This document shows, one piece after another, positions 9,091 through 19,394 of a stretch of 55,508 bases of DNA (the stretch's first letter is position 1; each line of letters opens with the position of its first letter). The translations under genes were made by a program, and so were the position numbers. This DNA comes from an uncultured Saprospiraceae bacterium (GTDB lineage Bacteria; Bacteroidota; Bacteroidia; Chitinophagales; Saprospiraceae): positions 1-55,508 of the forward strand of contig CAZXYA010000002.1 in assembly GCA_964644655.1 (NCBI GenBank). The letters are read 5' to 3'. The notes beneath the pieces are model-generated. The model searched no databases. It was given only the letters and a program-made list of their open reading frames with translations, and was not told where the DNA came from.

Positions 9091-11361
9091 TTATCTTATT
9101 CCAACAGGGTTATGCTCTAAAAAATAATTGGTCATTAAATTATATAAGTGTTTTGTCGTATTTTCTCCTTCATAAATTCCATGAGACCGATTGGGGTAAG
9201 CCATCATCTGAAAAGGTAGATTATGTTTAATTAATTCATTAATCACGACCTCTGCATTTTGGTAATGCACATTATCATCCCCAGTTCCATGAATTAACAA
9301 CAAGTTACCTTTTAAGTTTTTAGCATAGGTTACGGGCGATCCTTCAATAAAATCGGCTTTATTTTCCCAAGGTACGCCCATATATCGCTCTTGGTAAACA
9401 TTATCATACAAAAATTGATTGCCGACTGGTGCAATAGCAACACCTGTTTGATAAATTTCAGGATAACGGAATAGTAAGTTTAATGTCATTGAACCTCCCC
9501 CACTCCATCCCCAAACGGCAATTCTTTGAGCATCTATAAAGCTATATTTTTTAATAATCGCTTTTGTTGCCATTGCTTGATCTCTAGCATTTAACACCCC
9601 AATTTTTCGATAAATACTTTTTCTCCAGTTTCTTCCTTTTAGAGCGGGTGTTCCTCTATTATCTACAGAGATTACGATATATCCTTTTTGTACCATTAGG
9701 CGATGCCATAAAGAACCCCATGAATCTGTTGCAGTTTGCCCCCAAGGTTCTCCATAAACATGAAAAAGAACAGGATATTTTTTGTTTGCATCAAAATTGG
9801 CTGGCTTGATCATTAATCCGTCCATCTCTAGTTCATCTTCTGTCATAATTTTAAAAAATTCAACAGGAGTCAAAGCTAACTCAGTCATTTTTGCTTTGTA
9901 GGCTTTATTATCAACTAATGTTCGTAAGATTTTATGATCGGGTAAAGAAACTAGTTCTATAGTAGGTGGTGTATTAGCGTTTGACCAACGATTAATCGCA
10001 TATCGCCCATTTGGTGAAATGGTATATTTATGTACTCCAGGTTGATTTTCGGGGGTTAATTTTTGGGCACTAGTCCTACCATTCAAAGACATTTGGTACA
10101 AATACCGTTGTGTCGGATTATTCGGTGAAGCATTTACATAAATCATATTCTTCGTTTCGTCCACTTGATGGAATCGAGCAATATCAAAAGCTTCTTTAGT
10201 TAATAATTTTTCAGACTTACCATTCATGGCAACCCGATATAATTGCCGCCAACCATCTTTTTCACTTATATTTAAAAATGCCCTTCCATCTTGAATAATG
10301 GGTAAATCTGTCATGTCCCAAGCTAAAGTGGGGTCTGGATGCGTAATGTCTAACCAAGTTTCTTCTTTCTCGGTAAATATATTGGTAGCCTTTCCAGTTG
10401 CGGCATCTGCTATCCAAATCTTTTTTTCGTTCTGCTTTCGATTCAATTGTTGTATTTGCAATTGGTTGGACGAACCTATCCATTGCGCCCTAGGTAAATA
10501 ATGCTGTTTGGCATCACCAGGAATATCCATCCAAGTAACTTTCCCTGACTTTAAGTTGACCGTTCCAATTCTAACTGCCGAAGGATCTTCTCCTACTTTC
10601 GGATACTGCAAAGGAATCGTTTTAGCATAAATTTCATCCGTATTATTAATCATTAAAAAATCCTTAATTTCGCTTGCATCGACTTGCCAAAAGGCAAGAT
10701 ATTGCCCGTCTGCACTCCAACGAAATCCATCTCTACAAGCAAACTCTTCTTCATATACCCAATCAAAATTACCATTAATAATATCGGCTGTTCCATCAAA
10801 GGTCAATTGTTTTAAAGACTGATTTTCAATCGTTTGTACATACAAGTTATTCTCGCTAACAAAAGCAATTTGGCTATCATCTGTAGAAAATTTAGCAAAC
10901 ATCAGGGAAGAGTCGGGCAAAGTCAGACCTACTTTAGATAAGGTTTTATTACTCAAATCGTATATCCAATAATCCCCCTTAGTGTTTGTCCGCCAAACAC
11001 GTTTAGTATTCGTAAAAACTAATAGCTTTTGACCATCATTGGACCAACTATAATTAGCAATTGACAATGGGGTCTCTTCTCCTTGAGGAACCAACATTTT
11101 TGCGTCCACTAAAACGCTACGCCGCCCTGATCGAGTATCATATTTTATTATGTCTTTTGCTCCTTCAAAAAGTGATGTTTCCAGCGTAGTGTACGCTTCT
11201 CCTCCATCTAACCATTTAGATGGGCCGAACTGAGCTTGCGCAAATTCGCCAGAATAAATCCTATCTACGGTTAGCGCAGATGTCTCCAATCCTTGTTGTG
11301 CATTCATTTCTAATAAAGAAAAGCAGCAAAAACTAATTAATATTAATGTATGTTTAATCAT
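9091..11361 (-). CDS. Dipeptidyl-peptidase IV (S9B family prolyl peptidase)
   Basis: 756 aa. Signal peptide, then an N-terminal DPPIV beta-propeller region. C-terminal alpha/beta hydrolase with nucleophile motif GWSGGG, acid GTGDDNVH and His NRSHGI. Confidence 0.85.
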   Translation of the reverse strand: MIKHTLILISFCCFSLLEMNAQQGLETSALTVDRIYSGEFAQAQFGPSKWLDGGEAYTTLETSLFEGAKDIIKYDTRSGRRSVLVDAKMLVPQGEETPLSIANYSWSNDGQKLLVFTNTKRVWRTNTKGDYWIYDLSNKTLSKVGLTLPDSSLMFAKFSTDDSQIAFVSENNLYVQTIENQSLKQLTFDGTADIINGNFDWVYEEEFACRDGFRWSADGQYLAFWQVDASEIKDFLMINNTDEIYAKTIPLQYPKVGEDPSAVRIGTVNLKSGKVTWMDIPGDAKQHYLPRAQWIGSSNQLQIQQLNRKQNEKKIWIADAATGKATNIFTEKEETWLDITHPDPTLAWDMTDLPIIQDGRAFLNISEKDGWRQLYRVAMNGKSEKLLTKEAFDIARFHQVDETKNMIYVNASPNNPTQRYLYQMSLNGRTSAQKLTPENQPGVHKYTISPNGRYAINRWSNANTPPTIELVSLPDHKILRTLVDNKAYKAKMTELALTPVEFFKIMTEDELEMDGLMIKPANFDANKKYPVLFHVYGEPWGQTATDSWGSLWHRLMVQKGYIVISVDNRGTPALKGRNWRKSIYRKIGVLNARDQAMATKAIIKKYSFIDAQRIAVWGWSGGGSMTLNLLFRYPEIYQTGVAIAPVGNQFLYDNVYQERYMGVPWENKADFIEGSPVTYAKNLKGNLLLIHGTGDDNVHYQNAEVVINELIKHNLPFQMMAYPNRSHGIYEGENTTKHLYNLMTNYFLEHNPVGIR

Positions 11362-11554
11362 GTTAAGTTAGTTGTTCAGGAATAAAATTCCTGCCAGTTT
11401 AGAACTGTTATCAGTTGTCGGTTATTTAATAGTAGCAAATACTACTAATTTCCAAGTATGTTGTAACCTTTCTTTTACTAATGGTACTTTAATAATGAGA
11501 CCGTATTCTTTCTAAGAATTTTCAAAAATACTAATTAATTAAACAACAAAAAAT

Positions 11555-12109
11555 TTGATTATGGAAGTCACCATACAAGAAGATTTTTTAGCATTATATA
11601 AGCCAATTCATGCTCCTTTCACCCGTTTTTGTAGTAGCAAGGCAATTGGCTGGATGGAAACAGAGGATTTAGTACAAGAAACCATTTTAGCTACGCTACA
11701 AGGTTTTGAGAGAATTGAAGATAAAAATAAGCTCTTAGGGTTTATGATAGGTATTGTGCACAATATTGTAAACAAACAATATAGACGTGCTAAATTCAGT
11801 AGTCCGTGGGATGAAAGAGTTTTGGATAAATTAGAAGCCAGAACTACTAATCCTGCGATTGCCTTAGATTTACAATACCTCCTAAAAACAATAAAACAAC
11901 TCCCTAGGAACCAAGCAGAAGCCATTGAATTATTTGAACTAAGTGGTTTTTCAATTCAAGAAATTGCTGAAATTCAAGAGGTTAGCCCTAATGCAGTAAA
12001 AACTCGAATCAGTAGAGGAAGGAAAAAGTTAAGAACCTTGTTACAAGATGAAGATAGCACCATGTCGATTGCACAAAGACTAGCTATTTACGCCTCTATT
12101 CTCTTTTAA
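11555..12109 (+). CDS. RNA polymerase ECF-type sigma-70 factor
   Basis: 184 aa. Region 2 (EDLVQETILATL) and region 4 HTH (LPRNQAEAIELFELSGFSIQEIAEIQEVSPNAVKTRISRGRKKL). A likelier start is the ATG at 11561. Confidence 0.8.
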   Translation: MIMEVTIQEDFLALYKPIHAPFTRFCSSKAIGWMETEDLVQETILATLQGFERIEDKNKLLGFMIGIVHNIVNKQYRRAKFSSPWDERVLDKLEARTTNPAIALDLQYLLKTIKQLPRNQAEAIELFELSGFSIQEIAEIQEVSPNAVKTRISRGRKKLRTLLQDEDSTMSIAQRLAIYASILF

Positions 12110-12351
12110 AAAGACAACATGAAAAAGAAAATTAAAGTAAGAAAAGTTGTCAAAGTATGGAAGCGTTTACCACTTGAAGTATCTTATCATCAAGTTGTTA
12201 ATTGGGTTAAAACAAGTACGACTAAGCTTCCATAAATAGCTTGACTCATTTCTATTTAAGCTACTTCTAAACCAATAGATTATCCTAAAATATTTTTTAA
12301 ATGTCTTCATTTAACTAGGTCATCCTATGGCCTAAAATTAAAAATAATATC

Positions 12352-13038
12352 ATGTTATCAAACAATGAATTTCAAAAGTATGCCACCAAACATTTAGGAA
12401 TGAACAGTCATCATTTAGAAAAATATCTACAAACAACAAACCCCAAATTATCAATGGGTATCACACCTACTGTAATTGAAGAACGGCGACTAAACGTCTC
12501 TCAAATGGATGTTTTTTCAAGATTAATGATGGATCGAATTATTTTTCTCGGTGTGGCTATAGATGATTATGTATCCAATGTCATTCAAGCACAATTGCTA
12601 TTTTTGGAGTCTGTAGATGCCAAAAGAGATGTGCAAATTTTCATCAATAGTCCTGGTGGTTCCGTTACTGCAGGTTTAGGAATTTATGACACAATGAATT
12701 ACATCCGCCCAGATGTGGCAACCATTTGTACCGGCATAGCAGCATCTTTTGGTGCTGTGATTCTAACTTCTGGTACTAAAGGAAAACGATCTTGTCTACC
12801 GCATAGTCGCATAATGATTCATCAACCATCAGGAGGCACAAGTGGACAGTTATCGGATATGGAAATTACCTATAAGCTTTACAAAGAATTGCAAAAAGAC
12901 ATTTATCAAATCTTGAGTCAAACTACTGGTCAGACGTATCAACAAATTGAAATAGATAGTGATAGGGACAATTGGATGCAAGCGGAAGTAGCCAAAGCTT
13001 ATGGCTTGATAGATGAGGTTTTATCTAGACCAATATAG
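12352..13038 (+). CDS. clpP: ATP-dependent Clp protease proteolytic subunit
   Basis: 228 aa. DRIIFLG, catalytic Ser context GIAASFGA, His IMIHQPSGG, and C-terminal DRDNWMQAEVAKAYGLIDEV. It has an N-terminal extension of about 30 aa. No clpX or clpA is adjacent. Confidence 0.85.
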   Translation: MLSNNEFQKYATKHLGMNSHHLEKYLQTTNPKLSMGITPTVIEERRLNVSQMDVFSRLMMDRIIFLGVAIDDYVSNVIQAQLLFLESVDAKRDVQIFINSPGGSVTAGLGIYDTMNYIRPDVATICTGIAASFGAVILTSGTKGKRSCLPHSRIMIHQPSGGTSGQLSDMEITYKLYKELQKDIYQILSQTTGQTYQQIEIDSDRDNWMQAEVAKAYGLIDEVLSRPI

Positions 13039-13594
13039 GTAAAATTGATCAATTAAAATTAATAAGTAAGCCTTTTGTAAAATCAAACCAATTTATAAAA
13101 AGAAAGGGTAACAGCAGTTTTCAGCTATTACCCACGCGCTCTTATTAGAGAATAATTATTCCTTAGATTCTCTCTATCTGTTTGGTAAATTATTCTGAAG
13201 CGCATAATTTTAATTATAACGCCGAAAATGAATAAAGTTATTAAAGTTTGGTCAAAACATGCTTATAATCAAAGCGCAAATTTAATATAAAAAATCATAA
13301 ATAAATGTATATACATCTATTTTTTAAAATTAATATATGAAAATAGAATTAAATAACAGGTTAACTATTGTTAAATTTAACTAGATTGCTTGCATTTTTA
13401 TATTTTTGTATATCTTAAGATAATTCTAGGAATGCTTACTAAAAATAAATCTCTTTTTTTCTGATTGTAACGCTTTGTAGTTAACCTGTCCCAACGGAAC
13501 AAAATATTGTTAGCAAAATTAAAATTTACCATTCAGAATTAAGTCTATTGGTAGGCATCTATTTTAAAAAATTATAGTAACTAACTTTTATTTT

Positions 13595-14017
13595 ATGAAA
13601 TTTTCAATTTTTACGATAAGTATCTTTTTATTGCTATCAGCTTGTACTCAGAATACGGATAATAAGAAACAAACTGTAAAAAAGGCTAGTATGCATACTA
13701 CTCCCTCTGAAACTAAACAATTACGCCATGTCGTACTTTTTAAATTTAAAGAAGGAACTTCTGATGCAGCCATTCAAAAAGTAGAAGCTGCTTTTACTGC
13801 CTTACCTAGTAAAATAGCCGAAATAAAAGGGTATGAATGGGGAACAAACAACAGTCCTGAAGGATTAGCTAAAGGCTTCACACATTGTTTTTTCTTAACT
13901 TTTGATAGTGAAGCTGGTCGAGCCGTTTATTTACCTCATCCCGACCATAAAGCATTTGGAGCAATATTAACGCCTCATTTGGACGACGTTTTAGTCTTAG
14001 ATTATTGGGTACAATAA
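13595..14017 (+). CDS. Dabb (stress-responsive A/B barrel) domain lipoprotein
   Basis: 140 aa. Lipobox LLLSAC. LRHVVLFKFKEG...IKGYEWGTNNSPEGLAKGFTHCFFLTFDSEAGRAVYLPHPDHKAF is the Dabb pattern. Confidence 0.75.
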   Translation: MKFSIFTISIFLLLSACTQNTDNKKQTVKKASMHTTPSETKQLRHVVLFKFKEGTSDAAIQKVEAAFTALPSKIAEIKGYEWGTNNSPEGLAKGFTHCFFLTFDSEAGRAVYLPHPDHKAFGAILTPHLDDVLVLDYWVQ

Positions 14018-14124
14018 ATCTCTAGTTTCATGTTATTCTTACATCTCCCTCGAGCCACTACAGGCGGCGAAGGAAAATCACTATTTTTCTATGTAAGCGT
14101 GCCTAAAAATCGTCACGGGTAACT

Positions 14125-14159
14125 TTAATTTGAATTGGCATCGAGCCAATTCAAATTAA
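14125..14159. terminator. Perfect 15-bp stem / 5-nt loop hairpin between convergent genes (bidirectional terminator candidate)
   Basis: ttaatttgaattggc-atcga-gccaattcaaattaa, read directly. Lies between the stops at 14017 (+) and 14201 (-). Confidence 0.55.
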
Positions 14160-14200
14160 CAAAAGATTCAATAAGTAGCTTAAGCTTAGAGAGTAGGGAA

Positions 14201-14632
14201 CTACCCTCTTTTCCAACTAATCAAAATCACGCCAAGCAAAACAAATAAGATTCCCAATAATTGAGTACTACTTAAGTTACTTTTAAACCAAAAATAATCC
14301 AGTCCTAAACCCACTAAAATATTCATTCCTACAATTAAAGTAATGCCTATCGAAGGCGAAATATCTTGAGAAAAGGTATAAAATGCTACTATTTCTGCCA
14401 AGCTAACAAAAATACCTGCAAAGATGGCAAATTTCATCCCTGTTGGCGTGTAGCTTAAATCTAAATTTTCTCCCTTAAAAATGAAAAAAAAGAATCCACC
14501 TACCAATACAGCTACAGTTTGTAAGATAACAGCCCCCAACAATTCTTGAATATCTTCTGCGGATAATTTTACAGCAAATTGATAACAAGCAAATAATGTC
14601 CCTGCCAATAAGGCTAAGAAAATTCCTTTCAT
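14201..14632 (-). CDS. Small EamA-like (DMT superfamily) membrane protein
   Basis: 143 aa, four to five hydrophobic helices, single EamA-type half-transporter architecture. No diagnostic motif. Confidence 0.45.
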   Translation of the reverse strand: MKGIFLALLAGTLFACYQFAVKLSAEDIQELLGAVILQTVAVLVGGFFFFIFKGENLDLSYTPTGMKFAIFAGIFVSLAEIVAFYTFSQDISPSIGITLIVGMNILVGLGLDYFWFKSNLSSTQLLGILFVLLGVILISWKRG

Positions 14633-14729
14633 AAAATGTTAATTTTAGTTTTGAAAATCAATCCAAAAGTAGCCTATTGCAACTAATCTCTTATTTTTGC
14701 TGTTAGAAACCGAGAAACTTCCTAATCGT

Positions 14730-16943
14730 ATGCGACCATTTCTACTATTATTTTTATTATCCATTTTTAGTTATCACTTGGCTTTTTCTTTTAATGACAA
14801 TCGAAAAAATCAAGAAAAGTATGGTATTCAAATCAAAAAAGCTACGGATGAAATCCGTTTAGATGGCAAATTAGAAGAGGCCTCTTGGCAAGAAGCTGAT
14901 GTAGGCAGTAATTTTGTGCAGAAAAACCCAAAACCGGGTGAAAAAGCAGTACTTCACACCGAATTTAAGTTAACCTACGACGATAATTTTTTATACATTT
15001 CTGCTACTTGCATGGATACGCCCAATCATATTATATCCACCATGAAACGAGATATAGGCTTTTGGGATGGCGACAATATTGGAGTAGTTTTAGATCCATT
15101 AAATGAAGCTACAACTGGTTTTATGTTCGGCACCAATCCAGCAGGCGTGCAAACAGATGTATTATTAGGTGGAGGAACTGGTCGAGAACATTATAAAGGC
15201 GAATGGGACAACCGTTGGTTCGTAGAAACCCATATTCACCATGATAGATGGACCGTAGAAATGGCCATTCCATTTAAAACCTTACGATATGAAACCGATA
15301 GAACCACTTGGGGCATCAATTTTTTCAGAAATGATAAAAAGAATAATCGGCAGGATGTCTGGGCAGCTATCCCACGACAATTTTGGTTCATTGATCTTGG
15401 GTACACAGGTCGTTTAGAATGGGATGCTGCACCCAAAAAAGTAAATGGCAATATTTCCGTTATCCCATATATAAACACTAATACTTTCAAGGATTTTACA
15501 GATAATTCTAATAATCAAAATGGTTTTGATGTTGGGGTAGATGCCAAAATTGCATTATCTCCTTCGCTTAATCTAGATTTAACCGTCAACCCAGATTTCT
15601 CTCAAGTCGAAGTAGATCAACAAATCACCAATCTAACTCGATTCAGTATTTTTTTACCAGAAAGGCGTACCTTTTTTATAGAAAATAGTGATATATTTTC
15701 AAATTTTGGTATTCCTCCCGTACGTCCATTTTTCTCTCGGCGCATTGGTTTAGATGGATCGGGTCAAGCCGTCCCTATTGCTTTCGGCGCTCGTTTAACG
15801 GGAAATGTTACAAGTAGCACTAGAATTGGCATCATGAATGTACAAACCAAAGCCAATGACGGTCAGTTTGGGCAAAATTATACAGCTGCTGCTTTTAACC
15901 AAAGAGTGTTTGGCCGCTCTTCTATCAAAGGCATGTTTGTCAATCGACAAGCCTATAACGAAGGGGAGTTTGTTGGGAACGATTATAATCGCAATGCGAG
16001 TTTAGAATTTTCCTATCAAAGTTCCAATGGGATATGGCAAGCATGGTCGGGTTTTCATAAAAGTTTTAAGCCTGATGTTTCAGGAGATAATAATTTTTCT
16101 TCCATAGGTGGTGCTTACAATGGAGATGTTTTTTCAGCCGTAGTAGATTGGACAAGAGTTGGTACAGAGTATTTTGCAGATATTGGGTTTCTTAATTTTG
16201 TCAATAACTTTGATGCTAGTAGAGATACGACCATTAGGCTAGGTTTTAATAATATCTTTTTGCCATTAAGCTTGACCTTTATCCCAGAAAACAGCAGCAC
16301 TATCAATCGGCATCAATTAGAACTAGAATCTTATTTAAGGCTCGATCCCGATTATGATTTTGTAGAAAGAGGACACGAATTTGAATACGGCATAGAATTT
16401 AAAAACAGCAGCAGCTTCTTTTTTCAAGCAGCTAATACGGTAATCGATTTACGGTATCCATTTGCTTTTACAGATGGTGAACCATTACCAGTTGATCGGT
16501 ATTCCGCTAACAGGTTAGGCATTGGCTATGACTCTGATGAGCGCAAAAAGTTATCTTATGGCATCGGCATCAGTACTGGCGGGTTTTATAATGGCACCCT
16601 CCATCAAGTCGAATTCGGTATAGAATATCGGCAACAACCCTGGGGTAATTTTGGATTAGATATAGAATACAATAGATTAAAGTTTCCTGCTGAATTTGGC
16701 GAAGAAACTATTTGGGCATTCAGTCCCAAAATAGAAATCAATTTCAATCGAAATCTTTTCTGGACCACTTTCCTACAATATAATACGCAAGCAGATAATT
16801 TTAATATCAATAGTCGATTTCAATGGCGGTTTGCACCGATGTCTGACCTATTCCTAGTATGGACAGATAATTACGCAGTAGAAAATTTTGGCGTAAAAAA
16901 TAGATCTTTCGTTTTGAAGGTAAATTATTGGTTGGTGCTTTAA
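14730..16943 (+). CDS. CBM9-like / DUF5916 domain outer-membrane-associated protein
   Basis: The track ORF starts at TTG 14697. The ATG at 14730 gives signal peptide MRPFLLLFLLSIFSYHLAFS. The N-terminal block IRLDGKLEEASWQEADVGSNFVQKNPKPGEKA...LTYDDNFLYISA matches the CBM9-like module that precedes DUF5916 in Bacteroidota. The C-terminus is beta-rich and ends in aromatic residues. Confidence 0.6.
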   Translation: MRPFLLLFLLSIFSYHLAFSFNDNRKNQEKYGIQIKKATDEIRLDGKLEEASWQEADVGSNFVQKNPKPGEKAVLHTEFKLTYDDNFLYISATCMDTPNHIISTMKRDIGFWDGDNIGVVLDPLNEATTGFMFGTNPAGVQTDVLLGGGTGREHYKGEWDNRWFVETHIHHDRWTVEMAIPFKTLRYETDRTTWGINFFRNDKKNNRQDVWAAIPRQFWFIDLGYTGRLEWDAAPKKVNGNISVIPYINTNTFKDFTDNSNNQNGFDVGVDAKIALSPSLNLDLTVNPDFSQVEVDQQITNLTRFSIFLPERRTFFIENSDIFSNFGIPPVRPFFSRRIGLDGSGQAVPIAFGARLTGNVTSSTRIGIMNVQTKANDGQFGQNYTAAAFNQRVFGRSSIKGMFVNRQAYNEGEFVGNDYNRNASLEFSYQSSNGIWQAWSGFHKSFKPDVSGDNNFSSIGGAYNGDVFSAVVDWTRVGTEYFADIGFLNFVNNFDASRDTTIRLGFNNIFLPLSLTFIPENSSTINRHQLELESYLRLDPDYDFVERGHEFEYGIEFKNSSSFFFQAANTVIDLRYPFAFTDGEPLPVDRYSANRLGIGYDSDERKKLSYGIGISTGGFYNGTLHQVEFGIEYRQQPWGNFGLDIEYNRLKFPAEFGEETIWAFSPKIEINFNRNLFWTTFLQYNTQADNFNINSRFQWRFAPMSDLFLVWTDNYAVENFGVKNRSFVLKVNYWLVL

Positions 16944-17089
16944 CCAATCATTCACTTATTTGCTGATTGAATAATGAAACATAATAATTTAAAATGACGT
17001 TTTGTTGGAAGGTTTTAATGTGGAGAATGTGAGGTTTATCATTTTCTATATTGACAAGTTTTTTAGACTTTTCAGTAGCGGAGCTATAA

Positions 17090-18094
<1,005 letters not shown>

Positions 18095-18142
18095 TTATTT
18101 ATCATAGTATTCTTTCTTTAATAAAACTATAAATTATATTTT

Positions 18143-19360
18143 TTGAACGTTGATATTACCATTGTTGGAGCTGGCATTATTGGTTTAAGTACTGCTTATC
18201 AGCTAAAAAAACAAATGCCTACACTTAAAATTGCAATTTTAGAAAAGGAATCCGCTATAGCCCTTCATCAAACTGGCAATAATAGCGGTGTCATTCATTC
18301 TGGGATTTATTATAAACCAGAATCTGAAAAAGCTAAAAATTGTATCGCAGGTTATAGCAAAATGCTTGATTTCTGTAAAGAACAACAAATTCCTTATAAT
18401 CTTTGTGGAAAAATAATTGTCGCCAAAAATGCAGGTGAAATAAAAGATATGGAATTGGTTTATCAACGAGGGATAGATAAAGGAATGAAAGATTTATCTA
18501 TTTTAGATCAGCAAGGAATCAAAGAAATTGAACCCAATATTGAAGGATATAAGGGGATTCATGTTCCACAGGCCGGAATAGTTGATTATAAACTAGTAGC
18601 AAAAAAAATAGCAGAATTATTAAAAAATCAGGGTTGTCAATTTTTTTTTGGGGAAACCTTGCAGAATGTTAATAAAGCAACTAACAGCTTAATAATAACT
18701 AGCACCAATAAAAAATTTGAAACCAAGTCGTTAATCAATTGTGCCGGTTTATATTCAGACAAAATAGCTAAGCTTACAGATTTTGAAATCAATTATAAAA
18801 TAATTCCTTTTAGAGGGGAGTATTATAAGTTAGCGGTAAAGCATAATGAACTTATAAAAGGATTGGTATATCCTGTACCAAATCCCAATTTGCCTTTTTT
18901 AGGGGTTCATTTAACAAAAAAGATGGATGGCTCTATAGAAGCTGGTCCAAATGCAGTTTTAGCTTTCAAAAGAGAAGGATATAGACTAACGGATTTCAAT
19001 CTAACAGAATTTTCAGAAACGTTGATGTATAGAGGCTTTCATAAATTGGCTACTAAATATACCTCTGTAGGGCTTAAGGAAATGTGGCGATCAATGTCAA
19101 AAAGAAAGTTTTTAAACGAATTAAGAGATTTTGTCCCCAGTTTAAAAATGCAAGATATTACCTATAAGGGGGCTGGTGTTAGAGCGCAAGCCTGTGATAA
19201 AGAAGGTAATCTTTTAGATGATTTCCTTATTTTGAAAAATGAAAATATTATTAATGTTTGTAATGCTCCTTCACCAGCAGCAACAAGCTGTTTTGCTATA
19301 GGAGATACTATAGCAAACTTATGTTTGAATCAAAAAAAGGAAATAAATAACGTCAATTAG
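18143..19360 (+). CDS. lhgO: L-2-hydroxyglutarate oxidase/dehydrogenase (FAD-dependent, LhgO/YgaF family)
   Basis: 405 aa with a TTG start. IVGAGIIGLSTAYQL, LEKES..ALHQTGNNSGVIHSGIYYKP, IPFRGEYYKL, PFLGVHLTKKMDGSIEAGPNAVLAFKREGYR, GAGVRAQA and NAPSPAATS are collinear with recalled E. coli LhgO. Confidence 0.8.
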   Translation: MNVDITIVGAGIIGLSTAYQLKKQMPTLKIAILEKESAIALHQTGNNSGVIHSGIYYKPESEKAKNCIAGYSKMLDFCKEQQIPYNLCGKIIVAKNAGEIKDMELVYQRGIDKGMKDLSILDQQGIKEIEPNIEGYKGIHVPQAGIVDYKLVAKKIAELLKNQGCQFFFGETLQNVNKATNSLIITSTNKKFETKSLINCAGLYSDKIAKLTDFEINYKIIPFRGEYYKLAVKHNELIKGLVYPVPNPNLPFLGVHLTKKMDGSIEAGPNAVLAFKREGYRLTDFNLTEFSETLMYRGFHKLATKYTSVGLKEMWRSMSKRKFLNELRDFVPSLKMQDITYKGAGVRAQACDKEGNLLDDFLILKNENIINVCNAPSPAATSCFAIGDTIANLCLNQKKEINNVN

Positions 19361-19394
19361 TAAGCGAAACAAAGCTTATAAATTAAAAATTGAT

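Noticed and set aside
10262-10501. Track ORFs 10262..10483 (-) and 10298..10501 (+) inside the DPP-IV gene, and similar nested ORFs at 11608..11925, 15236..15490, 16115..16306, 16604..16810, 17783..18052, 18239..18466 and 20561..20821
   Set aside because: All are nested within, or antisense to, larger genes with clear family signatures.
12119-12235. 38-codon ORF after the ECF sigma gene, considered as an anti-sigma factor
   Set aside because: It is too short and lacks a TM segment or zinc-binding motif. It is kept only as a remark in the findings.
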